Source: Candidatus Moraniibacteriota bacterium
GTDB taxonomy: Bacteria > Patescibacteriota > Minisyncoccia > Moranbacterales > UBA2206
Direction of reading: 5' to 3'
DNA length: 64,000 nt
Assembly: GCA_049304095.1 (NCBI GenBank)
Contig: JBAQNU010000024.1
Coordinates: 87,644 to 151,643 of the forward strand
The position numbers were made by a program, and so were the translations under genes. Positions 9,553 through 18,803 of the stretch are shown here, in pieces. The number at the start of each line of letters is the position of its first letter. Position 1 is the first letter of the stretch. The notes under the pieces were generated by a model. That model did not search any database, was not told where the DNA came from, and worked only from the letters and a program-made list of their open reading frames with translations.

Positions 9553-10502
9553 AAATACTTATCACAGGAGGAGCGGGGTTTATTGGATCAAACTTGGCAA
9601 ACAAATTGCTGGAGCGCGGGGATCAAGTCGTTATTATTGATAACTTCAATGATTACTATGACCCGAAAGTGAAACGTGATCGGATTAAAACAATCCTTAA
9701 AGGCAAAAAATTTAAGCTCTACAAAGGTGATATTCGCGATGTGAAACTTTTGGAGCGCATTTTCAAAACCGAAAAATTGGACAAGGTGGTGCATCTCGCT
9801 GCAATGGCCGGTGTGCGTTATGCGATTGAAAATCCCTTGATTTATGCGGACGTGAATGTTTTGGGCACAACCAACCTTTTGCAACTGGCGGCGAAATATA
9901 AATTGAAAAATTTTGTCTATGCCTCGTCTTCTTCGGTCTATGGAAATAATAAAAAATTGCCGTTTTCCGAAACGGATTCGGTGGACACGCCAATCTCACC
10001 CTACGCCGCAACCAAAAAAGCAACGGAGTTGATGGCGCATGTTTTTTCTCATGTACATGGATTGCCTACAACTGGATTGCGATTCTTCACAGTCTATGGA
10101 CCGTGGGGGCGACCGGATATGGCGCTTTTCAAATTTACTAAAAATATTTTGGCCGGGCTTCCAATTGATGTCTATAATCATGGCAAAATGAGTCGCAATT
10201 TTACCTATGTCGATGACATTGTTTCCGGCACAATCACTGTGCTTGATGCGAATTTGCCCTGCGGTGTGATGAATATTGGCGGAGACAAAGAAGAAACACT
10301 GATGCGTTACATTGAAGTGTTGGAAAAATGTCTAGGGAAAGCTGCAAAGAAAAATATGATGCCAATGCAACAGGGTGATGTGCCATCAACTGTGGCAGAC
10401 ATCAAAAAATTGCGTAAATTAGGCTGGAAGCCGACAACGAGGATTGAAAAAGGCATTGCCAATTTTGTCGCGTGGTATAAGGAATATTATAAAATTAAAT
10501 AA
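9549..10502 (+). CDS. NAD-dependent UDP-glucuronate 4-epimerase-like SDR (GalE family)
   Basis: GGAGFIGSNL Rossmann motif, YAATK catalytic YxxxK, FFTVYGPWGRPDMA typical of UDP-GlcA/UDP-GalA epimerases. Confidence 0.8.
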   Translation: MKILITGGAGFIGSNLANKLLERGDQVVIIDNFNDYYDPKVKRDRIKTILKGKKFKLYKGDIRDVKLLERIFKTEKLDKVVHLAAMAGVRYAIENPLIYADVNVLGTTNLLQLAAKYKLKNFVYASSSSVYGNNKKLPFSETDSVDTPISPYAATKKATELMAHVFSHVHGLPTTGLRFFTVYGPWGRPDMALFKFTKNILAGLPIDVYNHGKMSRNFTYVDDIVSGTITVLDANLPCGVMNIGGDKEETLMRYIEVLEKCLGKAAKKNMMPMQQGDVPSTVADIKKLRKLGWKPTTRIEKGIANFVAWYKEYYKIK

Positions 10503-10512
10503 GCCAAATTGC

Positions 10513-11463
10513 ATGAGCGAGAAAAAAATAATCTCAATTATTGTTCCGGTCTATAACGAAGAAAAAAACGTGCCGCTTTTCTATAAGAAAATCAGGCCGA
10601 TTTTGGAAAAATTGTCCTATGATTGGGAATTAATTTTCATAAATGATGGCAGTTTAGACAAGAGCATTATTGAATTGGAAAAGCTAGAAAAAGCCGATTC
10701 ATGTGTACGGGTGATTGATTTTTCGCGTAATTTTGGCAAAGAATTGGCAGTGACGGCAGGCATTAATAATTGCCAAGGGGCGGCCTGTATTATTTTGGAC
10801 GCCGATTTGCAACATCCAATTGAAAAGATTCCTGAGTTTGTCGCGAAATGGGAGCGTGGCGCTGAGGTGGTAGTGGGTGTGCGGGAGAAAAATAAAGGCG
10901 AAGGCTGGGTGAAAAAAATGGGATCGTATTTTTTCTATAAACTGATTAACCGCATTTCAGATATGGAAATCGTCACACGTGCAACAGATTATCGCTTGCT
11001 CGATCGTGGAGTAATTGCGGAGTTTAATCGATTGACAGAAAAAAATCGTATGACCAGGGCACTCATTGATTGGCTGGGCTTTCGACGCGAATATATCTAT
11101 TTTGAGGCGAATGAAAGAATTCATGGCGTTCCCTCATACAATTTTTGGAAATTGGTAAAGTTAGCTTTTAATAGTGTGGTTTCTTTTAGTCTTCTGCCTT
11201 TGAAGTTTGCTGGATATCTCGGAATGTTTATTATGCTTTTTTCGGGTGCGGCGGGGCTCTATATACTTTTGGGAAAATATTTTTTTCACACGCCTTTTGC
11301 TTCTACTTTTTCCGATGCGGAGAATCTGGCAATTATGATTGTTTTTCTGGTGGGAATTATTTTGGTTTCCATTGGACTTTTGGCGCTCTATATTGCCAAC
11401 ATTCACACCGAGGTGACGAATCGTCCACTCTACATCGTGCGAAGGCCTAATAAAAAAGAATAA
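10513..11463 (+). CDS. GT2 polyprenyl-phosphate glycosyltransferase (DPM1/ArnC/GtrB-like) with C-terminal TM helices
   Basis: IIVPVYNEE...NDGSLD...DADLQH GT-A motifs plus 2 C-terminal TM segments. Start moved to ATG 10513; the listed ORF overlaps the previous gene. Confidence 0.75.
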   Translation: MSEKKIISIIVPVYNEEKNVPLFYKKIRPILEKLSYDWELIFINDGSLDKSIIELEKLEKADSCVRVIDFSRNFGKELAVTAGINNCQGAACIILDADLQHPIEKIPEFVAKWERGAEVVVGVREKNKGEGWVKKMGSYFFYKLINRISDMEIVTRATDYRLLDRGVIAEFNRLTEKNRMTRALIDWLGFRREYIYFEANERIHGVPSYNFWKLVKLAFNSVVSFSLLPLKFAGYLGMFIMLFSGAAGLYILLGKYFFHTPFASTFSDAENLAIMIVFLVGIILVSIGLLALYIANIHTEVTNRPLYIVRRPNKKE

Positions 11464-11466
11464 GCT

Positions 11467-11964
11467 ATGAATCTATCATTACCAGTCCATTTGTCTATCC
11501 ATATTTTTTTCAGTCTTTGTGCAGGACTAATTGTTTGGCGCATTTGGAAAAAACCGCTGGTCGCTTTTGCTGGTGGTATTTTGGGTGGGTTTTTGGTTGA
11601 CCTAGATCATTTCATTGACTATTTTCTAGCTTTTGGTTTTGATTGGAGCTGGTTCTATTTCAAAAACGCCTTTCAAGTTCTAAAATCAGGTAAAATTTAT
11701 GTCTTGCTTCATGGTTGGGAATTTGTGACGATTTTACTGCTTTTAGTGTTTTTGTTTAGGAATAAATATGCTAAAACTATTTTTCTCAGCCTAGCAATTG
11801 GACTCTTCTTTCATCTCTGGGCTGATGTTGTGATTGATGATGTTACGCCAAAAGCCTATTTCCTAACCTATCGCATAAAACATAATTTCAATAACAAAGC
11901 CATTAGTAGCCCGGAAAATTATGAAAAATATCTCTATTATAGAGTTCAAGCGGGGTTTGAATAG
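11467..11964 (+). CDS. Hypothetical 4-TM membrane protein
   Basis: ORF with hydrophobic segments; no recognised motif. Confidence 0.4.
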   Translation: MNLSLPVHLSIHIFFSLCAGLIVWRIWKKPLVAFAGGILGGFLVDLDHFIDYFLAFGFDWSWFYFKNAFQVLKSGKIYVLLHGWEFVTILLLLVFLFRNKYAKTIFLSLAIGLFFHLWADVVIDDVTPKAYFLTYRIKHNFNNKAISSPENYEKYLYYRVQAGFE

Positions 11965-12013
11965 AGTTGATTTGACAATTGGCGTAAATTTGTGAAATAC
12001 TAAGCATAAGCTT

Positions 12014-12091
12014 ATGCGAAAAAATAATTTAGCAACAAAAATTAATTGCTGTTGTCTCGAAATAATATTGTCGAGAAATTTTTGTTGTTGA
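12014..12091 (+). CDS. Candidate 26-codon leader peptide MRKNNLATKINCCCLEIILSRNFCC (five Cys codons) upstream of cysK
   Basis: ATG sits inside the perfect 14-bp palindrome gcataagcttatgc. Cys codons are at 12047-12055 and 12083-12088. The ORF overlaps alternative hairpin arms tctcga (12055-12060), tcgaga (12071-12076) and the terminator arm tctcgac (12123-12129). Confidence 0.45.
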   Translation: MRKNNLATKINCCCLEIILSRNFCC

Positions 12092-12122
12092 TTATTCTAA
12101 GCCTAAACTCATAAACAAACTT

Positions 12123-12148
12123 TCTCGACCTGGTCGAGATTTTTTTTA
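12123..12148 (+). terminator. Intrinsic terminator / attenuator hairpin tctcgac-ctg-gtcgaga followed by 8 T, 20 nt upstream of the cysK start
   Basis: 7-bp GC-containing stem with a 3-nt loop and a U8 tract; its 5' arm is complementary to the upstream tcgaga at 12071-12076 (candidate antiterminator). Confidence 0.6.
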
Positions 12149-12168
12149 ATTCTTAATTACTAAATCAA

Positions 12169-13068
12169 ATGATCTATAAAAATATAATTGAAATGATTGG
12201 CAACACGCCAATGGTGAAAATTAACAAACTCAATCCCAATTCTAATGTGACAATTCTAGCCAAATTGGAAGGAAGTAATCCCGGTGGAAGCATCAAAGAT
12301 CGCATTGCGCTCAAGATGCTGGAAAAGGCTATTTTGGAAAAAAAGCTAACGAAAGATAAAACGATTATTGAACCGACCTCAGGAAACACCGGCATCGGCT
12401 TGGCTATGCTTGGCACAGTTTTAGGTTATGCGGTGGAAATTGTGATGAGCGAAGCAGTTTCAGCGGAAAGAAGAAAAATGATTAGTGCTTTTGGCGCCAA
12501 AATTATCCTGACTGATCCGCAAAAAGGTACAGACGGTGCGATCATCAAAGCGCGTGAGCTGGTGGCAAAAAATCCGCAAAAATATTTTATGCCCGATCAA
12601 TTTTCCAACTCTGGCAATATCGCGGCGCACTATGAGGCAACGGCAGATGAGATTTGGAAAGACGCTGATGGCAAGGTGGACTATTTGGTTTCCAGTATTG
12701 GAACTTCCGGCACGATTATGGGCGTTTCCAAGAGGCTAAAAGAGCTTAATCCTGAAATAAAAATTGTCTGTGCCTATCCGGAAAAAGGCCACTATATCCA
12801 AGGGCTCAAAAACATGGAAGAGGCAATTGTGCCTAAAATCTATGACCGCGCAAAGATTGACGAGTTTATTACGATTGAAAGTGAGAAGGCCTTTGAGATG
12901 GTGCGACTTTTGGCCAAAAATGAAGGACTGTTTGTGGGAATGTCTAGTGGCGCGGCAATGCTGGCCGCACTGGAAATGGCGAAAAAAATCAAAAAAGGCC
13001 AAATCGTGGTAATCTTTCCTGACCGCGGAGAAAAATATCTCAGCACGGAGCTGTTCGGTATGAAATAG
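12169..13068 (+). CDS. cysK: Cysteine synthase (O-acetylserine sulfhydrylase, CysK/CysM family)
   Basis: PLP-fold motifs GSIKDR and PTSGNTGIGLAM; 299 aa. Confidence 0.85.
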   Translation: MIYKNIIEMIGNTPMVKINKLNPNSNVTILAKLEGSNPGGSIKDRIALKMLEKAILEKKLTKDKTIIEPTSGNTGIGLAMLGTVLGYAVEIVMSEAVSAERRKMISAFGAKIILTDPQKGTDGAIIKARELVAKNPQKYFMPDQFSNSGNIAAHYEATADEIWKDADGKVDYLVSSIGTSGTIMGVSKRLKELNPEIKIVCAYPEKGHYIQGLKNMEEAIVPKIYDRAKIDEFITIESEKAFEMVRLLAKNEGLFVGMSSGAAMLAALEMAKKIKKGQIVVIFPDRGEKYLSTELFGMK

Positions 13069-13133
13069 CTAAATTTGAACAAATTTAACAAAAGCGCTAT
13101 AATTGAGAAAGATTAAATATTAACTAAAAAAGC

Positions 13134-14072
13134 ATGGAAGAGAAAAAAGAGTTATCAATTATTGTGCCACTTAACAATGAAGAAGGAAATGTGAAAGAAA
13201 TGCACAGGCGAATTGTGGAGGCTTGTGAAAAAATGGGCAAGAGCTACGAGATTATTTTTATCAACGATGGATCTACAGATAAAACCCTTGAGAATTGTAG
13301 GGGTCTCTCACCACTCAAGTTGATTAATTTTCGAAAATGGTTTGGTCAAACAGCTGGGTTTGATGCGGGAATTAAACTTGCTAAGGGGGATATTATTATT
13401 ACGACAGATGGAGATTTACAAAACGACCCAGCTGATATCCATTTACTTCTGGAGGAAATGGCAAAGGGCTATGATGTCGTAGCTGGTTGGCGTTGGCAAA
13501 GAAAGGATTCGCTGAGTAAAAAAATATTTTCACGAGGCGCAAACTTGTTGCGAAAAGTTTTGATTCAAGACAAAATTCACGACAGTGGGTGTAGTCTTAA
13601 GGCATATAGAAGGGAATGTTTTGCCGATGTGGATTTATTTGGTGAGATGCATCGCTTTATCCCAGCAATCCTGGAAATGCAAGGCTATCGAGTTGGAGAA
13701 GTGAAAGTGTCGCATCATCCGCGGATTCACGGTGTAACTTTCTATAACTGGAAAAGAGGAATCAAGGGCTTTGTCGATATGATTTCGATTTGGTTTTGGC
13801 GCAAATATGCTAACCGGCCACTGCATCTTTTTGGCGGATCAGGCATCGTTTTGTCTGTCCTAGGAGCGGCAATCCTTTTTTGGATGGCGATTGAAAAAAT
13901 CTTTTTTCATAGCTCATTGGCACAAAGAATTTGGCCATTAATTGGGATCTTTTTAATCTTGGCTGGTATCCAGCTCTTCATTTCTGGATTGCTTGCCGAC
14001 ATCCTAATTAAAAATCACTATAAAAACCAAGGTCGGATGAACTATTCCATTAAAGAAATCATTGAAAGTTAA
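13134..14072 (+). CDS. GT2 glycosyltransferase (dolichyl/undecaprenyl-phosphate hexosyltransferase-like) with C-terminal TM helices
   Basis: IIVPLNNEE...NDGSTDKT...TDGDLQNDP GT-A motifs plus 2 C-terminal TM segments. Confidence 0.75.
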   Translation: MEEKKELSIIVPLNNEEGNVKEMHRRIVEACEKMGKSYEIIFINDGSTDKTLENCRGLSPLKLINFRKWFGQTAGFDAGIKLAKGDIIITTDGDLQNDPADIHLLLEEMAKGYDVVAGWRWQRKDSLSKKIFSRGANLLRKVLIQDKIHDSGCSLKAYRRECFADVDLFGEMHRFIPAILEMQGYRVGEVKVSHHPRIHGVTFYNWKRGIKGFVDMISIWFWRKYANRPLHLFGGSGIVLSVLGAAILFWMAIEKIFFHSSLAQRIWPLIGIFLILAGIQLFISGLLADILIKNHYKNQGRMNYSIKEIIES

Positions 14073-14095
14073 AAAATAAATAATCGAGCAATTTT

Positions 14096-15421
14096 ATGAA
14101 AATCGCAATGATTGGCACAGGCTATGTGGGCCTGGTGAGTGGCGCTTGTTTTTCCGAGATGGGCAATGATGTGATTTGCGTGGATGTGAACACGCAAAAA
14201 ATTGAAAATCTTAAAAATGGCATTATCCCAATCTATGAACCGGGACTGGAGGATATGGTCCTTAAAAATAGTGCTAATGGCAGTCTGACTTTCAGCACTG
14301 ATTTCAAAGGCGCGTTGGAAAAGGCACATATTATTTTTGTTGCCGTAGGCACACCGATGGGTGAGGATGGTAGCGCTGATTTGCAATATGTCTTGGGAGT
14401 GGCCAAGGAAATCGGTCAAAATATGACACATCATTTGATTGTGGTGGACAAATCAACTGTGCCGGTGGGAACGGGAGAGCGAGTGCGCGCCGCGATTCAA
14501 GCTGAACTTGACGCGAGAAAATCAGATTTGACGTTTGATGTGGTGAGCAATCCAGAATTTCTCAAAGAAGGGGACGCCGTTAAGGATTTTATGAAACCGG
14601 ATCGCGTTGTCGTTGGCGCTGACAATGAAAAAGCACTGGAAGAAATGCGCGAACTGTATGCGCCATTCATGCACTCACACGAGCGCTTCTATGCAATGGA
14701 TATTCGCAGTGCGGAATTAACCAAATATGCTGGTAACGCCATGCTCACTACCAGAATTTCTTTTATGAACGAGTTAGCACTCCTTTGTGAAAAAGTGGGA
14801 GCAGATATCAACAAAGTGCGTGTGGGCATTGGTAGTGATAGTCGCATTGGTGGAGCCTTTCTCTATCCCAGTTGTGGCTATGGTGGATCATGTTTTCCCA
14901 AAGATGTGCGGGCATTGGAAAAATTAGCGGCGGATAATGGCATTGAGCTTAAGATTATTCGTTCCGTGCAAGATGTGAATGATCGGCAAAAATTGGTGAT
15001 TGTGCAAAAAGTTGTGAAAAAATTTGGGCAAGATCTCACGGGAAAAACTTTTGCAGTTTGGGGTTTGGCCTTCAAGGCAGAAACGGATGATATGCGCGAA
15101 GCCAGCTCGATTGTGATTATCAGTGAGCTAACTAAATTGGGCGCAAAAATCGTGGCCTATGACCCGAAAGCTATGGACGAAGCGAAGCGCTGCTATTTGA
15201 AAGATAATGTCGCTGTGAGTTATGTGGAAAGCAAATATTCCGCCCTCACTGGCGCCGATGCGCTCATTCTACTCACTGAATGGAAAGAATTTCGCAGTCC
15301 GGATTTTGAAGAAATGAAAAAGCGTCTCAAAAATCCAATTATCTTTGATGGCAGAAATATCTATGACAAAGACCGAGTCAGGGAAGACGGTTTTGAATAC
15401 TCGGGAATCGGAATTGCCTAG
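14096..15421 (+). CDS. ugd: UDP-glucose 6-dehydrogenase
   Basis: MKIAMIGTGYVGLVSGACF N-terminal NAD motif and GGSCFPKD catalytic Cys motif. Confidence 0.85.
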   Translation: MKIAMIGTGYVGLVSGACFSEMGNDVICVDVNTQKIENLKNGIIPIYEPGLEDMVLKNSANGSLTFSTDFKGALEKAHIIFVAVGTPMGEDGSADLQYVLGVAKEIGQNMTHHLIVVDKSTVPVGTGERVRAAIQAELDARKSDLTFDVVSNPEFLKEGDAVKDFMKPDRVVVGADNEKALEEMRELYAPFMHSHERFYAMDIRSAELTKYAGNAMLTTRISFMNELALLCEKVGADINKVRVGIGSDSRIGGAFLYPSCGYGGSCFPKDVRALEKLAADNGIELKIIRSVQDVNDRQKLVIVQKVVKKFGQDLTGKTFAVWGLAFKAETDDMREASSIVIISELTKLGAKIVAYDPKAMDEAKRCYLKDNVAVSYVESKYSALTGADALILLTEWKEFRSPDFEEMKKRLKNPIIFDGRNIYDKDRVREDGFEYSGIGIA

Positions 15422-15493
15422 AATACTTTTGTGGCATTTGTATTAATCTGAAATTTATTTTATAATTGAAAGGTAAAATAAAATATTTTTGGA

Positions 15494-16762
15494 ATGGGTA
15501 TTTTTTCTAAAATTTTAGGCGGAAGCAAATCGTCTTCGCAGTATTATTTATCGCTTGATATTGGCACGGAAGTGGTCAAGGCGCTCGTGTTTAAGGTGGA
15601 CGTAGAAAATGGCACGGGCATCGTGAAGGGTGTGGGACGAGCCAGGCAAGGCATCAAAGATATGCACAGCGGTGCTGTTTCTGATATTACGGGCGTAATT
15701 GAAAATTGCGCGCGGGCGATTGAAGCTGCCAAATCAATGGCGGGGGCAAAAAAAGTGGAAAAAGCGATTGTGGGCATTGCCGGCGAGTTGGTCAAAGGCA
15801 CAACCACCACTGTGCACTACGAACGCATCAAGCCAGAAGTGCGCATTGATTTTCCAGAACTGAAAAATATTATTCAAAAAGTGCAATGGAAGGCGTTTGA
15901 TCGTATTAGGCAACAACTAGCCTGGGAAACAGGACACAATGAAATTGAAGTGAAACTGATCAATGCAGCCATTGTGGATGTGCGCATCGATGGCTATAAA
16001 ATTACTAATCCCTTGGGTTTTCAAGGCAAGGATGTATCTATTGCCGTTTTCAACGCCTATGCTCCAATGGTGCACTTAGGCGCATTGCAGACAATTGCAG
16101 ATGAATTGAAATTGGAACTGCTTTGCATCGCAGCAGAGCCCTATGCGGTAGCCAAATCAATGGGCGTGGATGACGTTTTGGATTTTAGCGCCATTTTCAT
16201 TGACATTGGTGGTGGCACAACTGACATTGCCCTTGTGCGAAACGGAGGTTTGGAAGGTACAAAAATGTTTGCGCTAGGTGGACGAGCCTTTACTAAGCGC
16301 CTTGCGATGGAACTTAATGTTGGATTTGAAGAGGCAGAAAGTTTCAAGATTCGCTATGCAGAGGGAAAGCTCGGCAAAGATGTTTCGGATAAGTTGGAGA
16401 AAATATTTTTTGATGATTGTAATGTTTGGCTCTCGGGAGTGGAGTTGTCATTGTCAGAATTTTCCGATAGTGATCTTTTGCCACATCGCATTTTCCTTTG
16501 CGGTGGTGGCTCAGGATTGCCTGGAATCAAAAAAGCTTTGCTTTCAGCGCAATGGACAAAGAATTTGCCTTTTGCTAAGGAAGTGGAGGTTAATTTTTTG
16601 CAGCCAAAAGATGTGGTAAATATTTTTGATGAAACGAGAGAGTTACGTGACCCACAAGATATCACTCCGATGGGCTTGGCTAATCTCGCACTTGAAGCGG
16701 TTGGCGAAGAGAAGGTATTGGCCGGAATATTGCGCAGAGCTGTGAAGATGATTCAAAAATAA
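15494..16762 (+). CDS. Actin-fold ATPase, FtsA-like (alternatively PilM-like)
   Basis: LSLDIGTEVVKALVF phosphate-1 and IDIGGGTTDIALV phosphate-2 motifs. The basic/hydrophobic C-terminal segment (LAGILRRAVKMIQK) resembles the FtsA membrane-targeting helix. No ftsZ is adjacent. Confidence 0.5.
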   Translation: MGIFSKILGGSKSSSQYYLSLDIGTEVVKALVFKVDVENGTGIVKGVGRARQGIKDMHSGAVSDITGVIENCARAIEAAKSMAGAKKVEKAIVGIAGELVKGTTTTVHYERIKPEVRIDFPELKNIIQKVQWKAFDRIRQQLAWETGHNEIEVKLINAAIVDVRIDGYKITNPLGFQGKDVSIAVFNAYAPMVHLGALQTIADELKLELLCIAAEPYAVAKSMGVDDVLDFSAIFIDIGGGTTDIALVRNGGLEGTKMFALGGRAFTKRLAMELNVGFEEAESFKIRYAEGKLGKDVSDKLEKIFFDDCNVWLSGVELSLSEFSDSDLLPHRIFLCGGGSGLPGIKKALLSAQWTKNLPFAKEVEVNFLQPKDVVNIFDETRELRDPQDITPMGLANLALEAVGEEKVLAGILRRAVKMIQK

Positions 16763-16810
16763 AATAAGTTAAATTTGCATTTTGATTTTTAATTTTTGAT
16801 TTTTTAAAAT

Positions 16811-18757
16811 ATGCACCAAACATTTTATATTGACATTGATGAGGAAATAACTTCAATCGTGGAAAAGTTGCGAAAAACTGAAGCGCCAGAGGTAATTATG
16901 GTTGTGCCAAAACGGGCACTGCTTATTCAAAGTATCGTTAACTTAAAACTTTTGCGAAAAGTGGCGGAGGAGCTGGGATTGAAAATCAGTATTGTGACCC
17001 AAGATAAACTAGGTAAAATGCTTGTCAACAAAGCAGGCATTGCTGTGCAACAAAAATTGGAAGATGACCCCGAGGAGTTGGAAGCGACTTCGGATAATGG
17101 AGAAAATGGCAAAAAAGTAGTCTTGGAAGATGGCGCAGAGGGTGAACCAGCATCATTGCTAAATAGCAAACAAAACAGACGTCTTGATAGGATTGGTTCC
17201 GCGGAATATTTTAATTATAATAATGAAGAAAATATTCACACCGAATTGGAGCAAATCGAAAAACCAAAAAAACCTTTGGCGCAGAAAGTGCCAATATATG
17301 TTGAAAAAAATAGGCCGAGTGTTGAAAATCCACTTTCTGGCATTCGTTTAGATGAGGAAATACCGGTTGTCAAAAAAAGATCTCCTAGTATGGATGTTTC
17401 GCGTTCAAACATGAGAAAGCCAATCCCAACGCGGGTCGTGCGAGAAAAAACGGTTTTTCCTGAGGAGAAGCAAGGGGAATCTTCTCGCGATGAGCAACTG
17501 GAACAGTTTTTCTATGCGAATAATTTTGCGGATAGAAAAAAATCTGATTCTCTTGGAGAAGAACGTAGCAAAAAAAACGTTGGAACAGGGCTTAAGATCC
17601 TGGCTATTATTTTGGCCATTGCACTGACCGGAGGATTGGCTTATGGAGCCTATCTCTATGTGCCTAAAGCTATAATCACTCTTTCTGCTAAAAAGGAAGT
17701 AAAATCAACTGAAGCAAACATCACTGCTACTACCAACCAAGAAAGCATTGATTTGGAAAAATCAATTATTCCAGCAAAAGTGTTAGATTTTGATGATACA
17801 GTTTCTCAAACCTTTGTAGCTACTGGGGAAAAGAGTGTTTCTGATCAAAAAGCCAAAGGTAAGATTACAATCTATAATGAATTCAGTTCTTTGCCGCAAC
17901 CGCTAGTGGCAACAACCAGGTTTATAAGCGAAGACCAGAAAATATTTCGTTTAGTGCAAAGTGTGACCATTCCCGGTACCACTAAAGTTGGCACGGAAAT
18001 AAAGCCAGGCGTTACCGAAGCGGAAGTTATTGCTGATGAATCTGGCGATGGCTATAACATTCCTGCGGCCAATTTTTCCATCCCTGGTTTCAAAGATAGT
18101 GGCAGTGAGAAATATGCCAAGATTTATGCCAAGTCTACCGCGGCAATGACTGGTGGTGGAACGGGTGGCAGTACTGTGAAAATGATTACTGACAAGGATT
18201 TGGCAGACGCAAAAGACAAAATTTCCCTGGAGATTACTGATGCGATAAAGCAAAAAGTTAAGGATTCAGTCGGCTCTGGTCAGGTCGTTTTGGACAAAGC
18301 AATTTCCCTGGAGGAACCAGTTTATACCTTGTCTGGTGCAGTTGGTGATATTGTGGATAATTTTGAAATAAAAGTTCAAGCCAAAGCCAAGGCAATTGTA
18401 TTTCTGGAAAGTGACCTAAAAAAACTTGCTAACACCATCATTGTTAAAACAAAAAATAGTAAGGTAAACCTGAACGATGGGGCATTGATTATCGACTATG
18501 GGCAAGTAAATGCTGACTTTAGTGCAAATACTCTGGATATTGCAATAAAAGCTTCCAGCGTGACAGAGCCGAATTTTGACTTGGAAGCTATGAAAAAAGG
18601 CTTCCTGGGGAAAGACACAGAAGCGTTGACGGATTATCTGAAGAGTTATCCTAACATTGAAAAAGCGGAAGTGGAATATTGGCCGCCAGTGTTTGTGAAC
18701 AAGGTTCCAATGCAAGAGAAGAGAGTGGAAGTGATTTTGGATTATATCATGCCCTAG
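16811..18757 (+). CDS. Hypothetical bitopic membrane protein: ~255-aa cytoplasmic N-domain, one TM, ~370-aa extracytoplasmic domain
   Basis: TM segment GLKILAIILAIALTGGLAYGAYLYV. Downstream of and likely co-transcribed with the FtsA-like gene. Confidence 0.4.
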   Translation: MHQTFYIDIDEEITSIVEKLRKTEAPEVIMVVPKRALLIQSIVNLKLLRKVAEELGLKISIVTQDKLGKMLVNKAGIAVQQKLEDDPEELEATSDNGENGKKVVLEDGAEGEPASLLNSKQNRRLDRIGSAEYFNYNNEENIHTELEQIEKPKKPLAQKVPIYVEKNRPSVENPLSGIRLDEEIPVVKKRSPSMDVSRSNMRKPIPTRVVREKTVFPEEKQGESSRDEQLEQFFYANNFADRKKSDSLGEERSKKNVGTGLKILAIILAIALTGGLAYGAYLYVPKAIITLSAKKEVKSTEANITATTNQESIDLEKSIIPAKVLDFDDTVSQTFVATGEKSVSDQKAKGKITIYNEFSSLPQPLVATTRFISEDQKIFRLVQSVTIPGTTKVGTEIKPGVTEAEVIADESGDGYNIPAANFSIPGFKDSGSEKYAKIYAKSTAAMTGGGTGGSTVKMITDKDLADAKDKISLEITDAIKQKVKDSVGSGQVVLDKAISLEEPVYTLSGAVGDIVDNFEIKVQAKAKAIVFLESDLKKLANTIIVKTKNSKVNLNDGALIIDYGQVNADFSANTLDIAIKASSVTEPNFDLEAMKKGFLGKDTEALTDYLKSYPNIEKAEVEYWPPVFVNKVPMQEKRVEVILDYIMP

Positions 18758-18803
18758 GGTGGAGGCAGTGGGCAAAAATTAATTTTTATGCTATCCTAAA
18801 ACT

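Noticed and set aside
10444-10512. 5' extension of the GT2 ORF overlapping the epimerase gene
   Set aside because: It overlaps the upstream CDS by 59 nt in another frame. The conserved GT2 N-terminus (MSEKKIISIIVPVYNEE) starts at ATG 10513.
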